IMG/VR virus record: IMGVR_UViG_3300037419_001546
Span: 1 to 64,000 of that record
Reading direction: 5' to 3' (one strand)
Length of the DNA: 64,000 nucleotides
Origin: a virus
Taxonomy: Duplodnaviria; Caudoviricetes
A model generated the notes under the pieces. That model saw only the letters and a list, made by a program, of their open reading frames with translations. It was not told the DNA's origin and did not search any database. Each line of letters opens with the position of its first letter. The first letter of the stretch is position 1. Of this stretch, positions 54,159 through 64,000 are shown piece by piece. A program made the position numbers and the translations under genes.

Positions 54159-54595
54159 CAGGCTGCCGTGATCGTGGCCACGCCCGAGGCATCCCACTGC
54201 ACGGTGAACGTCGACGCCGTGACCGGGATGTCGTTGTCGTAGAGGATGTAGCCGACGAGCGGACGAGTGCTGTCGGACGCGGGGGTCGCGTCGTACAGCA
54301 CGGCGACGCGCGCGGTGAAGCTCGCCGATGTCCACTGCGCGTCCGGGCAGTCGATCACGAGCTGATTCGTCGCAGGGTTGTAGCTGATCGACAGCGGAGA
54401 GACCACCAGTCCGCCGGCGGTGTAGCCGGTGCCGGAGATTTCATTCGTCACCGAGCTCTTGTATTGGTGTGCGTCCTGGTCGGGCACGTAGGCCGACGAG
54501 CAGAGCATCACCTTGAACGTGTCGGAGTTGAGGTTCACCTCCTTGTTCGCCAGCGACAGCAGGAACTTGCCGTAGAACTTGGCTGTGTGCGCCAT
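54158..54595 (-). CDS. Minor tail protein
   Basis: Homolog of 1847-2287. Confidence 0.7.
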   Translation of the reverse strand: MAHTAKFYGKFLLSLANKEVNLNSDTFKVMLCSSAYVPDQDAHQYKSSVTNEISGTGYTAGGLVVSPLSISYNPATNQLVIDCPDAQWTSASFTARVAVLYDATPASDSTRPLVGYILYDNDIPVTASTFTVQWDASGVATITAA

Positions 54596-54632
54596 GGTTG
54601 CTGCTCCTTATGTGTGAAAGGTGTTGTGCCCG

Positions 54633-55040
54633 TTATGCATCGGGCACGACGAAATAGACGGTCTCGGGATCCGGGGTGGCGAGCGCGGAGAACTCGGATT
54701 GAGTGACGGCCTTCATGCGGGCGATCCCGCCGGCATTGACCACCGACCACGCTTGCGGCGGCTCGGCGGCGAGCCCGACCTCGATCAGCGGCCACAGCAT
54801 CGCGTCGGCGTCCGGCACGACGATCGGATACCGTCGGGCGCCGATCTCGACAAGGGCCGGGCCCGGCTCGGCGGTGGCGGTCAGGACGCCGTTGACCGGC
54901 GTGAATCCCACTCGCCTGGTGGTGATCATGATCGAGTCATCTTCGCCCTGGCGGGGGTCGCCCACCTGCGAGAACCACACCACCGTGTTGTCGGCGATGC
55001 CGGCGATATCGGTCATGTTCTGCGTGATGGTGACGGTCAC
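54633..55040 (-). CDS. Minor tail / fibre-associated protein
   Basis: Homolog of 2307-2717. Confidence 0.65.
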   Translation of the reverse strand: MTVTITQNMTDIAGIADNTVVWFSQVGDPRQGEDDSIMITTRRVGFTPVNGVLTATAEPGPALVEIGARRYPIVVPDADAMLWPLIEVGLAAEPPQAWSVVNAGGIARMKAVTQSEFSALATPDPETVYFVVPDA

Positions 55041-55056
55041 TGCGTCGCCCTTTCTG

Positions 55057-56298
55057 TCATGCCGCGCGATAGACGGCGAGCGAATCCCACGACGGCGAGG
55101 CGGTGCCCGAGGTGCGCTCGACCCGCGCGCCTGCCCACGAATCCGCGATCGGGACTTGGTTGTTCAGATCGGCCATGACCGCGGTCGCACCGTTGACCTC
55201 GATCCACGCGTGCTGCGCATCGCACGCGAACTCGACTGTCTCCGTACCGTTGAGGGCTGCGGCGTCGCTCTGGTAATCGAGCATGGTCGGATTCGTCACC
55301 CCGCCCGTGAACCGTGAGAGGTAGATGCGGCCGTTGTAGTAGTTGGCGGCCAGACCGGTGCTGCGGTCGGCCGCGACGCGCAGCAGCAGGCTGCTATCGG
55401 CTGTGCCGTTCGGTGCGCTGCCGAATCTGCCGACGACGCGCTGGCGGCCATCGGTGGTGGCGGTGTTGGTGAGCAATGCGCGGCTGCCGTTCGCGGTGCC
55501 CGTGCTCGCCCACTTGCCGCCGACGATCCCGGCATCAGTGCCAACCTGTGTCCACCCGTTGCCGACCGCGCCATCGGCCCGCTGGAAATCGTCAGACTTC
55601 ACGAGCGCCCAATCGGCATCGACCATGGTCGGGAAATCCGATTGCCGGTCGTACAGAACGAAATTGCGGATGTAGGCCGGATTCGTCGTCTGATTCAACA
55701 TGTTGATGCCACGTGCCAGCGGACCGGACTTGTATTGCTCGGGCAGCCAATACGCGAAATATATGGTGTCGTTGACGTACACGCGGATCAGCCGGTCACG
55801 CTCGACGAGCATTTTCAGCCGGTACCAGTTGTTGTTGATCAGTCCATCGATATTGCCGGACTGCGCGAGCGTGTCGATCTGCGCGAGGCTGCGATAGATG
55901 ACAATGCGGATGTTCTGGGTGGTCGACGCCGGGTCGCGCCAAATAGCCACCATCGGCAGGTTGATCAGGTCAGTGAATCCGACTTTCGCCCAGCTCGGCG
56001 AGATGGCCATAAGCCACATTTGCTGCTGGATGATATTGCCGTCGATACGAATGTCGTACTCGCACCCGAAATTCGGCGTGAACGGCATCATTTCGTAGCT
56101 GACACCGCCGACCTGGAACGGCGTTTCGAGGGCGTTGGCGATCACGAGCTGATTGCTGATCAGCTGCACCGTGCGCGACGAATTCGTGCGCTTCCAAGGC
56201 GGCCGAATTGGATTCTCATCCGGCCGGGAGTGGTACGTGTCGAGGTCGCGCCAACCAGCGACCGCCAGCGGCCAATGCCGCCGGATATACGTGCTCAC
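55057..56298 (-). CDS. Minor tail protein, two beta-sandwich (lectin-like) domains; candidate receptor-binding protein
   Basis: Aromatic, beta-rich; SDDFQRADG..GNGW. Confidence 0.6.
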   Translation of the reverse strand: MSTYIRRHWPLAVAGWRDLDTYHSRPDENPIRPPWKRTNSSRTVQLISNQLVIANALETPFQVGGVSYEMMPFTPNFGCEYDIRIDGNIIQQQMWLMAISPSWAKVGFTDLINLPMVAIWRDPASTTQNIRIVIYRSLAQIDTLAQSGNIDGLINNNWYRLKMLVERDRLIRVYVNDTIYFAYWLPEQYKSGPLARGINMLNQTTNPAYIRNFVLYDRQSDFPTMVDADWALVKSDDFQRADGAVGNGWTQVGTDAGIVGGKWASTGTANGSRALLTNTATTDGRQRVVGRFGSAPNGTADSSLLLRVAADRSTGLAANYYNGRIYLSRFTGGVTNPTMLDYQSDAAALNGTETVEFACDAQHAWIEVNGATAVMADLNNQVPIADSWAGARVERTSGTASPSWDSLAVYRAA

Positions 56299-56630
56299 GC
56301 GTCCCCGGTGGCGCTCTCGTCGATGGCCCCGGTGATCGTTCCGCCGAGCTGCGCCATGCGCTTGCGCAGTTTCAGCAGCACGCCGCGATTGCCGCGCAGC
56401 CCGACCGGATCATCGGCCGCGACCAGCGGGCGCAACGATTCCGGATCCTCGTTGAATCTCTGGATCGCCCTGTCGAACATCGGCAACGCATCCTCCACGC
56501 GCACAACATCGAACAGGCCATCCAGAGATGCGACGCCGAATGCCGCGCACCACAGGGCCTCACGATTCGGCTGCACCGCGACCGATTCCTGAAAGTTGTG
56601 GCCATCGGAAATGAATTCGAACGTCTTCAT
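56295..56630 (-). CDS. Hypothetical protein
   Basis: Coupled ORF. Confidence 0.55.
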   Translation of the reverse strand: MKTFEFISDGHNFQESVAVQPNREALWCAAFGVASLDGLFDVVRVEDALPMFDRAIQRFNEDPESLRPLVAADDPVGLRGNRGVLLKLRKRMAQLGGTITGAIDESATGDA

Positions 56631-57283
56631 CCTGAAAACTCCGGATCTTCGATGAATACACCCGCACAGCAGATTTGCAGCACGGTCGGAGGTGCCGTCC
56701 CGACGATGTCGGTCACATACGCCCAGAACCGTTCCAGGTCGTCGATGTTCACGGCCAGCGCGGAGAAATGACGCCGCGTGACGTTCGGCTCGATCACCGG
56801 TGTATACGCGACTCGGTACGCGGTATTCTCCGCATTCCAGATCCGCTGCTCGAACGTCAGCCCGCCGTGCTGCTCCAACAGCGCGACGTGAATGTCGGTC
56901 AGAATCGCGAGCTGGCCATCCCTCACATTGAGCATCGGTCCCACGAGCACCTCACCGGTGCCGCGCGTGACCTCCGCCGACGAGTGCGCGTATTCGAGCT
57001 GCCAGTCATTGGCGTTGGCGTACGCGATGTCCGCTTTCTCGCCCGCATTCGCGGCGGCGTTGACCGCGGCCTGTGACGCCGTCAGCGCGGTGCCGGCCGC
57101 GGCCTGCGCGGCGCTCGTCGGCGCCCGCAGCTCGGTGCCGACCGTGTCTTGCACGACGCTGTAGGTATCGATCGTGCCGCCGACCATCGCGGCCTTCGCG
57201 TCGTCCACCGTGGCGGCCTGGCGGGCCGCGAACAGGCCGACCCCGAGCGAACCTACCGGGGACGCCCCGTTCGGGGATGTCAT
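56627..57283 (-). CDS. Minor tail protein
   Basis: MTSPNGASP.G start typical of actinophage minor tails. Confidence 0.6.
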   Translation of the reverse strand: MTSPNGASPVGSLGVGLFAARQAATVDDAKAAMVGGTIDTYSVVQDTVGTELRAPTSAAQAAAGTALTASQAAVNAAANAGEKADIAYANANDWQLEYAHSSAEVTRGTGEVLVGPMLNVRDGQLAILTDIHVALLEQHGGLTFEQRIWNAENTAYRVAYTPVIEPNVTRRHFSALAVNIDDLERFWAYVTDIVGTAPPTVLQICCAGVFIEDPEFSG

Positions 57284-57284
57284 G

Positions 57285-57749
57285 TCAGCCCCCGCATTCC
57301 GGGTCTGTAAGAGGATTCGCGGCGCGCTTCTTCTGCGCCTCGACGACCCATCCCTGATAGGTGATGATCGCCTGGCGTACCTGCTCCCGGCTGTCGGGTT
57401 TCGGGTTCGCCGAAGCGTCCGCGATCGCGGAGATCATGTCGTCGAGGTGGCGCTGATTCTCCGTGGTGATCGCCGACCGTGCCACCAGCGTGGAGCGAAA
57501 CTCGCTGTTGCACTGGGCTTGCCGCGAACTCTGCATCGCGGCGAACGCCGTGCTGGCCACCGCGAGCACCGCCACGACGATGAGCCAATACGCCTGCTGT
57601 CGATCGGTGCGCGGCAGTGCCGGCGCGGGCACGCTCTTGGTGCCGATGCGGTATTCGCGCCAGCTCATGGATAGGCCGACGAAGAATCCGACCGCGATGC
57701 ACGAGGCACCGAACGTCAGCTGCAGGATTACGTCAGTCATCATCATCAC
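57285..57749 (-). CDS. Membrane protein (lysis cassette)
   Basis: Two TM helices; Q..CN..F...L..R. Confidence 0.65.
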   Translation of the reverse strand: MMMMTDVILQLTFGASCIAVGFFVGLSMSWREYRIGTKSVPAPALPRTDRQQAYWLIVVAVLAVASTAFAAMQSSRQAQCNSEFRSTLVARSAITTENQRHLDDMISAIADASANPKPDSREQVRQAIITYQGWVVEAQKKRAANPLTDPECGG

Positions 57750-57966
57750 CCTGGACTTCCCGATTCCGGCTGCGCGTGCGTGACGCTTGGAGCCGTGCGG
57801 CGCCCAGTAACCCGATGATGGCGCCCATGATTCCGTTGACGCCGGTATTGCCGGCGTAGGACTCGATAACCAAGGGGGCGAATATGTTCGCCGCCCATAC
57901 CGTGGTCACGACGTACACAAGTACGGTCAGTGTCCTCGTCGACACGCCGTAGTCGTTGGCGGCCAT
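57733..57966 (-). CDS. Small membrane protein (holin-like)
   Basis: Two TM helices. Confidence 0.55.
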   Translation of the reverse strand: MAANDYGVSTRTLTVLVYVVTTVWAANIFAPLVIESYAGNTGVNGIMGAIIGLLGAARLQASRTRSRNREVQGDDDD

Positions 57967-58031
57967 TCACACCCTCCTCATCCACCAATAGCCCCCGACT
58001 CCACGCCAGAGGTCTGGCAGTAGGCAGGGCC

Positions 58032-58277
58032 TCACTCCTCAGCACTGGGGTCTACGGGGTAGCGGAACATCCCCAGCAGCGGCGCCATCCTCGTCGCGAA
58101 CACCGCGATCGGAGTCAGCGCGACCGCGGCGCCGGCCACCCATCCGCCCGCGGTGGCCAACCCGCCGTCGGACAGAGTCGCAGCGAGCACGCCGAGGAAC
58201 GCGACAGTGGAAGTCAGCAGAGCCGCGATGGCCTTCGCCAGCTGGCCGAGCTTGTAGTTGAAGGGATTCCAGCTCAC
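58032..58277 (-). CDS. Holin-like membrane protein
   Basis: Two TM helices, directly after the endolysin. Confidence 0.65.
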   Translation of the reverse strand: MSWNPFNYKLGQLAKAIAALLTSTVAFLGVLAATLSDGGLATAGGWVAGAAVALTPIAVFATRMAPLLGMFRYPVDPSAEE

Positions 58278-59095
58278 TTCGCACCCCCGGCAGTCGAGTC
58301 CGCGCCACCCGCGCTACCGGCCGCATTGGCGTCACGTGACGCCTGGAACCCCTCGATGCCCAGATGTGCACCGATCACGGCCAGGGCGTTGACGATGGTG
58401 CGGCCGCCGAGCTGCTCCCACCCGCTGAACGGATTCGGTCCGGCGAGCTGTTCGCGAATCTCGTTCACGTACTGGTCCATGTACCGCAGCGCGGTGCCGA
58501 CGGTGACCTTCTGGCCCTTGAAGTTGGTGAAGGTTTCCTCGAGTGCGGGCACTTCGCCTCCTTGGTTGGTGAATTCGTTGATGTACTTCTGGAACACGTC
58601 CCCGGGGAACCCTGGGCCGCAGTCGGTGTGGGTGCCCCAGCCGATCACCTGGGTGACGTACTGGTGGTCGGAGATGCCGGAGCTGGCGCGGGTGTAGACG
58701 CCTCCGCTGCCGAGCCACGTGGTGCTGAATCCGTACTTCTTGGCGTCCTGGACAGCCAGCCACGCGGCGATCGCGATATCGCCCTCGCGCTGCAGCCACT
58801 GCGCGCGCGTCCAGCTGGCGCGCGATCCGGCGAAGCACAGGTTGATCGAGTAGCCGTTGGCGTTGCCGACCGACCAGGAGGCGAGGTCGGTGTTGACCAC
58901 GTCGCAGACGATTCCGTCGCGGACGGTGTAGTGATAGCTCGCGTCGTGGGCCGGGTTGTTGAGATAGCCGGCCAGCGATTCGGCGGAGCTGTTGCCTTCC
59001 TCGGTGTGGAGGAAGAAGTACCGAACCTTGCTGCCGCCGCGGCCATTGCACGAATTGCCCATGCGGTCGAGCTCGGTGTATGCGGGTTTGGACAT
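58274..59095 (-). CDS. lysA: Endolysin (LysA), Zn amidase (Amidase_2-like) with C-terminal GWEQLGG domain
   Basis: FLHTEEG, ASYHY, SWSVGNAN.YSINLC, HTDCG. Confidence 0.82.
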   Translation of the reverse strand: MSKPAYTELDRMGNSCNGRGGSKVRYFFLHTEEGNSSAESLAGYLNNPAHDASYHYTVRDGIVCDVVNTDLASWSVGNANGYSINLCFAGSRASWTRAQWLQREGDIAIAAWLAVQDAKKYGFSTTWLGSGGVYTRASSGISDHQYVTQVIGWGTHTDCGPGFPGDVFQKYINEFTNQGGEVPALEETFTNFKGQKVTVGTALRYMDQYVNEIREQLAGPNPFSGWEQLGGRTIVNALAVIGAHLGIEGFQASRDANAAGSAGGADSTAGGAK

Positions 59096-59098
59096 GCT

Positions 59099-59779
59099 CT
59101 ACTCCAGTCCCATGTGTTTGACGATGCGGTCCGCGATTTCGCGGCTGACGCGACTGTCGGCGTGCACGTTCGTGAGCCCGAGGTTCCCCAGCACCGACAC
59201 CAGCTCCTCCACCGAGGCGCTCAGCCGCTGCGCCAGCGTCGCGACGGTGTACTGCATGGCGGGCGGGCCCGGCTTCTCGCCGTCGTCCAGGCCGAGGCCG
59301 TCGAGCACGGCGGCCCGGATTTCCGCCCGGTCGGCCTGCGGCAGTTCCTTCAGCATCTGGCCGAAGGTCTTGCGCTCCGGATCGGGAGTGTCGAGCGATA
59401 CCCATTTGCCCGACGCCATCCACGCGTTCGCCGTAACCGACTGCGGTGGCTGGTATTTCAGCGCAGGCTCCTCGGTCGGGCGCGCGCCGAGAGTCCACAT
59501 GCGGAACGACTGCAGCTCCCAGTACTCCGTCGGGAGGATCAGCGGTGCGCCCTTCATCGCCGGCATGGCGACGAACATCCAGATGAACGCCTGCCGAGGA
59601 TTGGCGAGGTCGCAGTTGTCCCGGGTCGGTACGCCGACACCCTTCCAGGCCGGCCATTTGTCGAACGGCTTCCCGTCGACCAGGCCGCCGACCTGATCGC
59701 GCAGCTGGCGCTCCAGTTTCGCTCGGGTGGCGGCGGTTTCGCGTTCGCGAGCGCGCCGTTGCTGCCGTGTTTCTTCCAT
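59099..59779 (-). CDS. DUF2744-like protein
   Basis: PTRDNCD..NPRQAFIWMFVAMP...GAPL. Confidence 0.7.
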   Translation of the reverse strand: MEETRQQRRARERETAATRAKLERQLRDQVGGLVDGKPFDKWPAWKGVGVPTRDNCDLANPRQAFIWMFVAMPAMKGAPLILPTEYWELQSFRMWTLGARPTEEPALKYQPPQSVTANAWMASGKWVSLDTPDPERKTFGQMLKELPQADRAEIRAAVLDGLGLDDGEKPGPPAMQYTVATLAQRLSASVEELVSVLGNLGLTNVHADSRVSREIADRIVKHMGLE

Positions 59780-59800
59780 GTCGCAGGCCCTCTCTCGGCT

Positions 59801-61495
59801 CTATACGAGTCCGACTTGCTGGAGAGCCCCGTCGAATTCCTCGAGCTTCGCCCACGCGGCGGCGAGCGGGTCCTGGAGGTCTTCGTCGGAGCCGATGGTG
59901 ATCGCCCACGTGGGCGGGGTCTGGCGGTCCCAGCGCAGTTCGACCTTCGACACCCGGTCCATGTAGATGCGCCCGGTTCGGTCACCGCGGATGGTGAACC
60001 CGCACCGGTCGTTCAGCCACACATGCCCAGCCGCACCGATGACGAACGGCGCGCCGTCACGGGCACCGAACTGGACGGAGTCGAACGCGCGGGTCTTCCA
60101 GAACCCTGCGCGCAGCACCATCAGCGACGACAGCGTGTAGGCGTTGCCGGCCGACCCGGCGAACAGTTCGAAGTACCGGGTCCATCCCTGCGTTGCCGCC
60201 CGCGCGGCGCTGACCGCCTTCATGAACGCGAACAGCGCGTCGGTGTAGAGCGGGGCCAGGATCGCGTCCAGCGCGCCGCCGATGGGCGGGATCACGATCG
60301 CCGCGGCGATGAGGTCGCCCGCCGCATTGATCGCTGCGGAGATCAGTTCGTTGACGCCCGGCATCGAGTGGCCGCCGGTAACGACTTGGATGCCCTTGGA
60401 TCCGGTGCGTTTGTACTTGTACCGGTCGAGCCCGGATATCTCTCCGTCGCGCCAGACGACAAACGGCAATTGCTTCTGCGTGCGCGGCGGCAACGTCGGG
60501 TCGTAGTACTCGGGCGGGATCGACGTGTCGGTGGCCAGCGAGGTGGTCGAGTCGATCATGTCGTCGAGGAATCCCTCGACCGTGCGGATTAGACCGTCGA
60601 AGATGGTGCCGCCCTGCGCGGTACCGGAGTAGGTGCCGGACCGGTCGACGAACGACACAATGCGGGTACCGGGGCGCAGGTTCGCGCCCGGCCACGGCTC
60701 GGGGTCGCCTTCCTTGTAGATCTCGATCTCGGTAGCGACCTCGCCGTCGTCCTGGATCGGCTTGGCGAGATCGTGGAAGTTCTTGAACCGCGAGATACCG
60801 AGGCCCCACAGCACACCCGATGCCATCGCTTCGAGGAAGCTGATCGGCCGGACGACCATCGAATATGTCGACTGATCATGGCCGCCGCGCTGGGCGGGGT
60901 CCATCGGATCCGACGGAAGCGGCCACGTCGAGCCGCGCTCACGCTGGATCTGCAGATCCAGCATGACCGACAGCATCCAGGTGATCGGGCCCGGGAGTAT
61001 GAACACCTGCGGCCACTGGATCCACTCCGGGAACCACGGATTACTCCAGCACGAATACCATTTCAGCCGTTCGTAATCGGTGAGGAAGTGCGCGGTGATG
61101 ATCTGATCGCCGGTCTCCTCGTCGAGGTCGAGATCGAGGGTGTCGTACATGCCGCCGATCCGGCTGCCGCAGTACTCGACGATGATGTTCGCGTTGCGGC
61201 CTTCGCCGCGCTGGATCCGCGCGTCCTCTTCCCACAGCCACTGGCCAGCGGGTGAATCGAACGGGATCGCCAGATCGATCGTGCCGGTGTCGTTGGACGG
61301 CAGCACCAGCCCCTGCGACAGTTCGTCCCGAATCAGGTACTGCAGACGCATTTCGGCGTCGAACAGCTCCACCACCGGATCGGCAGCGCCCATCGCCAGT
61401 TGCTTGCGCTCCTGCTCGCGGGTAGCCGTCCAGATCGCCTCGCACTGCTCCTCGAGGGACAATCCGAAGTTGATGTCGGTGACCGGTGCAGGCAT
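59801..61495 (-). CDS. Minor tail protein (Tal/baseplate hub-like)
   Basis: Second gene after the tape measure; gp28-like. Confidence 0.8.
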   Translation of the reverse strand: MPAPVTDINFGLSLEEQCEAIWTATREQERKQLAMGAADPVVELFDAEMRLQYLIRDELSQGLVLPSNDTGTIDLAIPFDSPAGQWLWEEDARIQRGEGRNANIIVEYCGSRIGGMYDTLDLDLDEETGDQIITAHFLTDYERLKWYSCWSNPWFPEWIQWPQVFILPGPITWMLSVMLDLQIQRERGSTWPLPSDPMDPAQRGGHDQSTYSMVVRPISFLEAMASGVLWGLGISRFKNFHDLAKPIQDDGEVATEIEIYKEGDPEPWPGANLRPGTRIVSFVDRSGTYSGTAQGGTIFDGLIRTVEGFLDDMIDSTTSLATDTSIPPEYYDPTLPPRTQKQLPFVVWRDGEISGLDRYKYKRTGSKGIQVVTGGHSMPGVNELISAAINAAGDLIAAAIVIPPIGGALDAILAPLYTDALFAFMKAVSAARAATQGWTRYFELFAGSAGNAYTLSSLMVLRAGFWKTRAFDSVQFGARDGAPFVIGAAGHVWLNDRCGFTIRGDRTGRIYMDRVSKVELRWDRQTPPTWAITIGSDEDLQDPLAAAWAKLEEFDGALQQVGLV

Positions 61496-62451
61496 CACTG
61501 ACCTCCGATCGGCAGCGGCCACAGCCGCGGCATGACCAGCTGCGCCATCGCGCCGCCAGCCGGGGCGCCGGTGACGCTCACCGGCAGCTCGATCGGTTGC
61601 GTGTGCGGCGGGATCTCATACTCGAAATACCGTCCAGGGACAGGCATCTGGCCGAGCAAGTTCGTTCCGTGTGCGTCGCGGACCATCAGCTTCTCGGGGT
61701 CGAGGTCGACGGTCGCGCCGCCCTGAACCGCGGTGATGGGCGGCATGAGGATGTCGCGGGCCGAGTCGTCGCGGCCGGTGCGCTTCGAGACGCCGAGGCG
61801 GCGGTTATACCGCGGCCCCTCCAGCGACCGATCCGGAATCGTCCAATTGCCGCGGGTGAGAATCCATTTCTGATTCATCGGCAGCGGCGAAGGATTCCAC
61901 ACCGTGACGGTTCCCGACCCGGAGGTGGCGGTGGTCGTCCACGTCGAAACGTCCGGCTCCTGCTGCCAGAACGGCATCCCGGCCCGCAGCGGCAGCGTCG
62001 GGTTGGCGTGCTCACGGATCAGCGGATCGACGCCCGGGTTGAAGTCGCGGTTCTGGCGCAGCTGCACCTCGAGGAAGCGATCGGACTTCGGCGAGATCAC
62101 CTGGATACGCGGAAGTACCGCGTCCCAGTCGTAATCGTCCTCGCGGTAGTCGAACGCCTGCCAGAACTGCGACATCAGGGTTTCCTGATCGCCACGCGGG
62201 ACGCGGGCAGCGACGATATGGAACCCGAGATCAAGGTCGCGCGGGTCGTACCAGCGGCCACGCATCCGTCCGCCGACCTGCCGGGCGCCCGACGCCCACG
62301 CGGTCCGCACGGGCGGATCGAACAGGCCCTGTACCTGATCCTTGCCGCACCAGACACCCTCGGCGCCTGCGCCTTCGCCGTGGACATGCCACACCGACCC
62401 GTCGCACCCGTGCAGGATGATCGTCAGGCCGGTGCTGCTGCGGTCTATCAC
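61495..62451 (-). CDS. Distal tail protein (Dit)-like
   Basis: LHGCDGS.W.V.G..AG.EGV start; follows the tape measure. Confidence 0.8.
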   Translation of the reverse strand: MIDRSSTGLTIILHGCDGSVWHVHGEGAGAEGVWCGKDQVQGLFDPPVRTAWASGARQVGGRMRGRWYDPRDLDLGFHIVAARVPRGDQETLMSQFWQAFDYREDDYDWDAVLPRIQVISPKSDRFLEVQLRQNRDFNPGVDPLIREHANPTLPLRAGMPFWQQEPDVSTWTTTATSGSGTVTVWNPSPLPMNQKWILTRGNWTIPDRSLEGPRYNRRLGVSKRTGRDDSARDILMPPITAVQGGATVDLDPEKLMVRDAHGTNLLGQMPVPGRYFEYEIPPHTQPIELPVSVTGAPAGGAMAQLVMPRLWPLPIGGQ

Positions 62452-62452
62452 G

Positions 62453-64000
62453 TCACCTCCCGTACCGGGCGACCGCGGCCACCCGCCCCGCGTCGATCTG
62501 TTTGGCGGCCTGCGCGACGATCTCCGAGAACCGTTGGGTGAAGATGTCGGCAACCTGCTGCGCGAGCTTCGATTGCGACTGCTCGTATACCGCCTGCAGC
62601 GCCCCGCCCGAGGACCGCAGGCCCGCGGCGCCGAGCGCGTCGTCGGCGTTGGCTTTCAGGAAGCCCTGGCCGGCCGCGGTGAGCTTGTCGCGCCCGGACG
62701 CGACCGCCTGGTCGACGGTCTGGACCTCAGCCGCACCGGTCGTGCCGGGCGCGGCCGTCGCAGCCTGCGGCGTGCCCGTTCCGGTGCTCGGCGTCGGCGT
62801 GTAGCTGCTGCCGTCGCTGTTGACGATCCACACCGGGACCACACCGGAGGGCACCTTCGACGTGTCGAAGGCCGTGCCGGTGCCGACCGTGCCGCCGCCG
62901 AGGCCGCCACCCGATGCCGATGTGCCGCCGCCGGTGCCGCCCGACGCCGCGGTACCCCCGCCGGTGCCGTTGCTGGTGGCCGCGCCCGCATCGCCACCGC
63001 GCAGCAAGGCGGCGGGGATGTGCGCGAACTGGTCGAACATCGAACTGTTCGCGCCGACCGGGCCGCCGATGACCACGCCCTCGGAGCCGTTCGATTCGAC
63101 GTTGGTGCCGTCGCCGAGGGTCATCGCCGTATGGCCGCCGGCCGGGCCGCCGACCACCCAGCCGACCGAGATGTCGCCGGGGCCACCCAATCCCGGCTTC
63201 GCGCCCTTGGCAGCCAGCCATTCGCCCTCATTGCCGGTGGCCATCCTCGAGGAGAACGGCGGCAGCCCCAACGCGTCGTTGACGGTCGCGGACACCATGC
63301 CCGAGCAGTCGATCGCGGTGGTCGAGAATCCGCCGAGTTGATAGGTGGCCGGGTCCATCGACTGTGCGAACTTCTTGCCCGGGACGATGCCGCCGGACGC
63401 CATCGCGGCGAACAGGCCGAGCCGTTGCCCGACCTCCATCCAGATCGGCACCGACTTGTCGCGCTTGCTCGGCGACAGCGGGATATACGCTTCGGGTCCG
63501 GCCTCGGCCCAGATGATCGCGCGGTTCGAAATCTGTGCGCCCCGGCTGATTCCGCCGTCGGCGCGCGGCGTCGGCCACAGGTTGCCTGTGCCGCCGACCT
63601 GCTGCTGTATCTGCTGTTTCGCCGCCTGATCGCCCGCGATCGCGTTCACCGCGACCTCGGCAGTCATCGGGATCCGGCGCCCGGTGTTGGTTTGCACGAA
63701 CGCGTCGAGTGTCTTCTGACCTTCCTCGGTCGCCGCGGTGACGGTCACGGTGCCGTTGGGCAACGTGGTCACCTTGAGGCCGAGCGCTTCCAACTTCGCC
63801 GTGGTTTCCGGCGTGTTGTCGGTGAGGGTGATCGTGTGCCCGTCGGGCAGTGACAGGACCGTATTGCCGAGGGCCCGGAACATCTCCTCGGACCGTTGCG
63901 CCGACTGGATGTTGTCGCCCACCGACCCGCGCAACCGGTCGAGGGCGGGCCGGGCCGAGTTGTCGATGCCGTCAGCCAGGCCACGCGCCTTGGACGCGGC
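62453..64000 (-). CDS. Tape measure protein C-terminal part with NlpC/P60-like peptidase domain (5' end outside window)
   Basis: PRADGG, WAEAGPEAYIPL, AIDCSGMVS...GGHTA. Confidence 0.85.
   Translation of the reverse strand, partial: AASKARGLADGIDNSARPALDRLRGSVGDNIQSAQRSEEMFRALGNTVLSLPDGHTITLTDNTPETTAKLEALGLKVTTLPNGTVTVTAATEEGQKTLDAFVQTNTGRRIPMTAEVAVNAIAGDQAAKQQIQQQVGGTGNLWPTPRADGGISRGAQISNRAIIWAEAGPEAYIPLSPSKRDKSVPIWMEVGQRLGLFAAMASGGIVPGKKFAQSMDPATYQLGGFSTTAIDCSGMVSATVNDALGLPPFSSRMATGNEGEWLAAKGAKPGLGGPGDISVGWVVGGPAGGHTAMTLGDGTNVESNGSEGVVIGGPVGANSSMFDQFAHIPAALLRGGDAGAATSNGTGGGTAASGGTGGGTSASGGGLGGGTVGTGTAFDTSKVPSGVVPVWIVNSDGSSYTPTPSTGTGTPQAATAAPGTTGAAEVQTVDQAVASGRDKLTAAGQGFLKANADDALGAAGLRSSGGALQAVYEQSQSKLAQQVADIFTQRFSEIVAQAAKQIDAGRVAAVARYGR

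Larger units (their letters stand above)
45881..64000. mobile_element. Prophage B (continues beyond window): integrase, accessory cassette, LysB, minor tails, lysis, Dit/Tal, tape measure C-terminus
   Basis: Second tail module homologous to but diverged from phage A, beginning right of the att core. Confidence 0.75.

Overview
High-GC actinobacterial DNA (Nocardia-like, inferred) made up almost entirely of siphovirus genes. It is best read as two related but distinct temperate prophages in tandem. Phage A (<1 to ~45.9 kb, nearly all minus strand) runs, in gene order, from a Cro/repressor switch through early recombination/replication genes, an accessory island, packaging, head, tail and lysis genes. 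Phage B (~45.9 kb to >64 kb) contributes an integrase, an accessory cassette and a second, diverged tail/lysis module; homologous SGNH tail genes lie 52,291 bp apart. Two things stand out. (1) An accessory island at 25-29 kb carries a Ro60/TROVE gene directly preceded by three Y-RNA-like ncRNAs. Two contain circularly permuted tRNA-like domains that keep a full anticodon-loop-like heptamer, and one is a minimal Y RNA. Nearby are a Tad2/DUF2829 sponge, a papain-like protease and, 3.4 kb upstream, an RLIG1/DUF5565-like RNA ligase; together these may form a phage RNA-repair/counter-defence system. (2) An attP-type core matching the 3' half of tRNA-Asn lies inside the repressor ORF. One base in the anticodon loop distinguishes readthrough (TTA, giving a long repressor ending EVAAA) from a TAA stop after integration into host tRNA-Asn. 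This is integration-dependent immunity seen in its uncut state, most simply at the junction of a tandem double lysogen. All family calls come from motif recognition by eye; no database searches were run.
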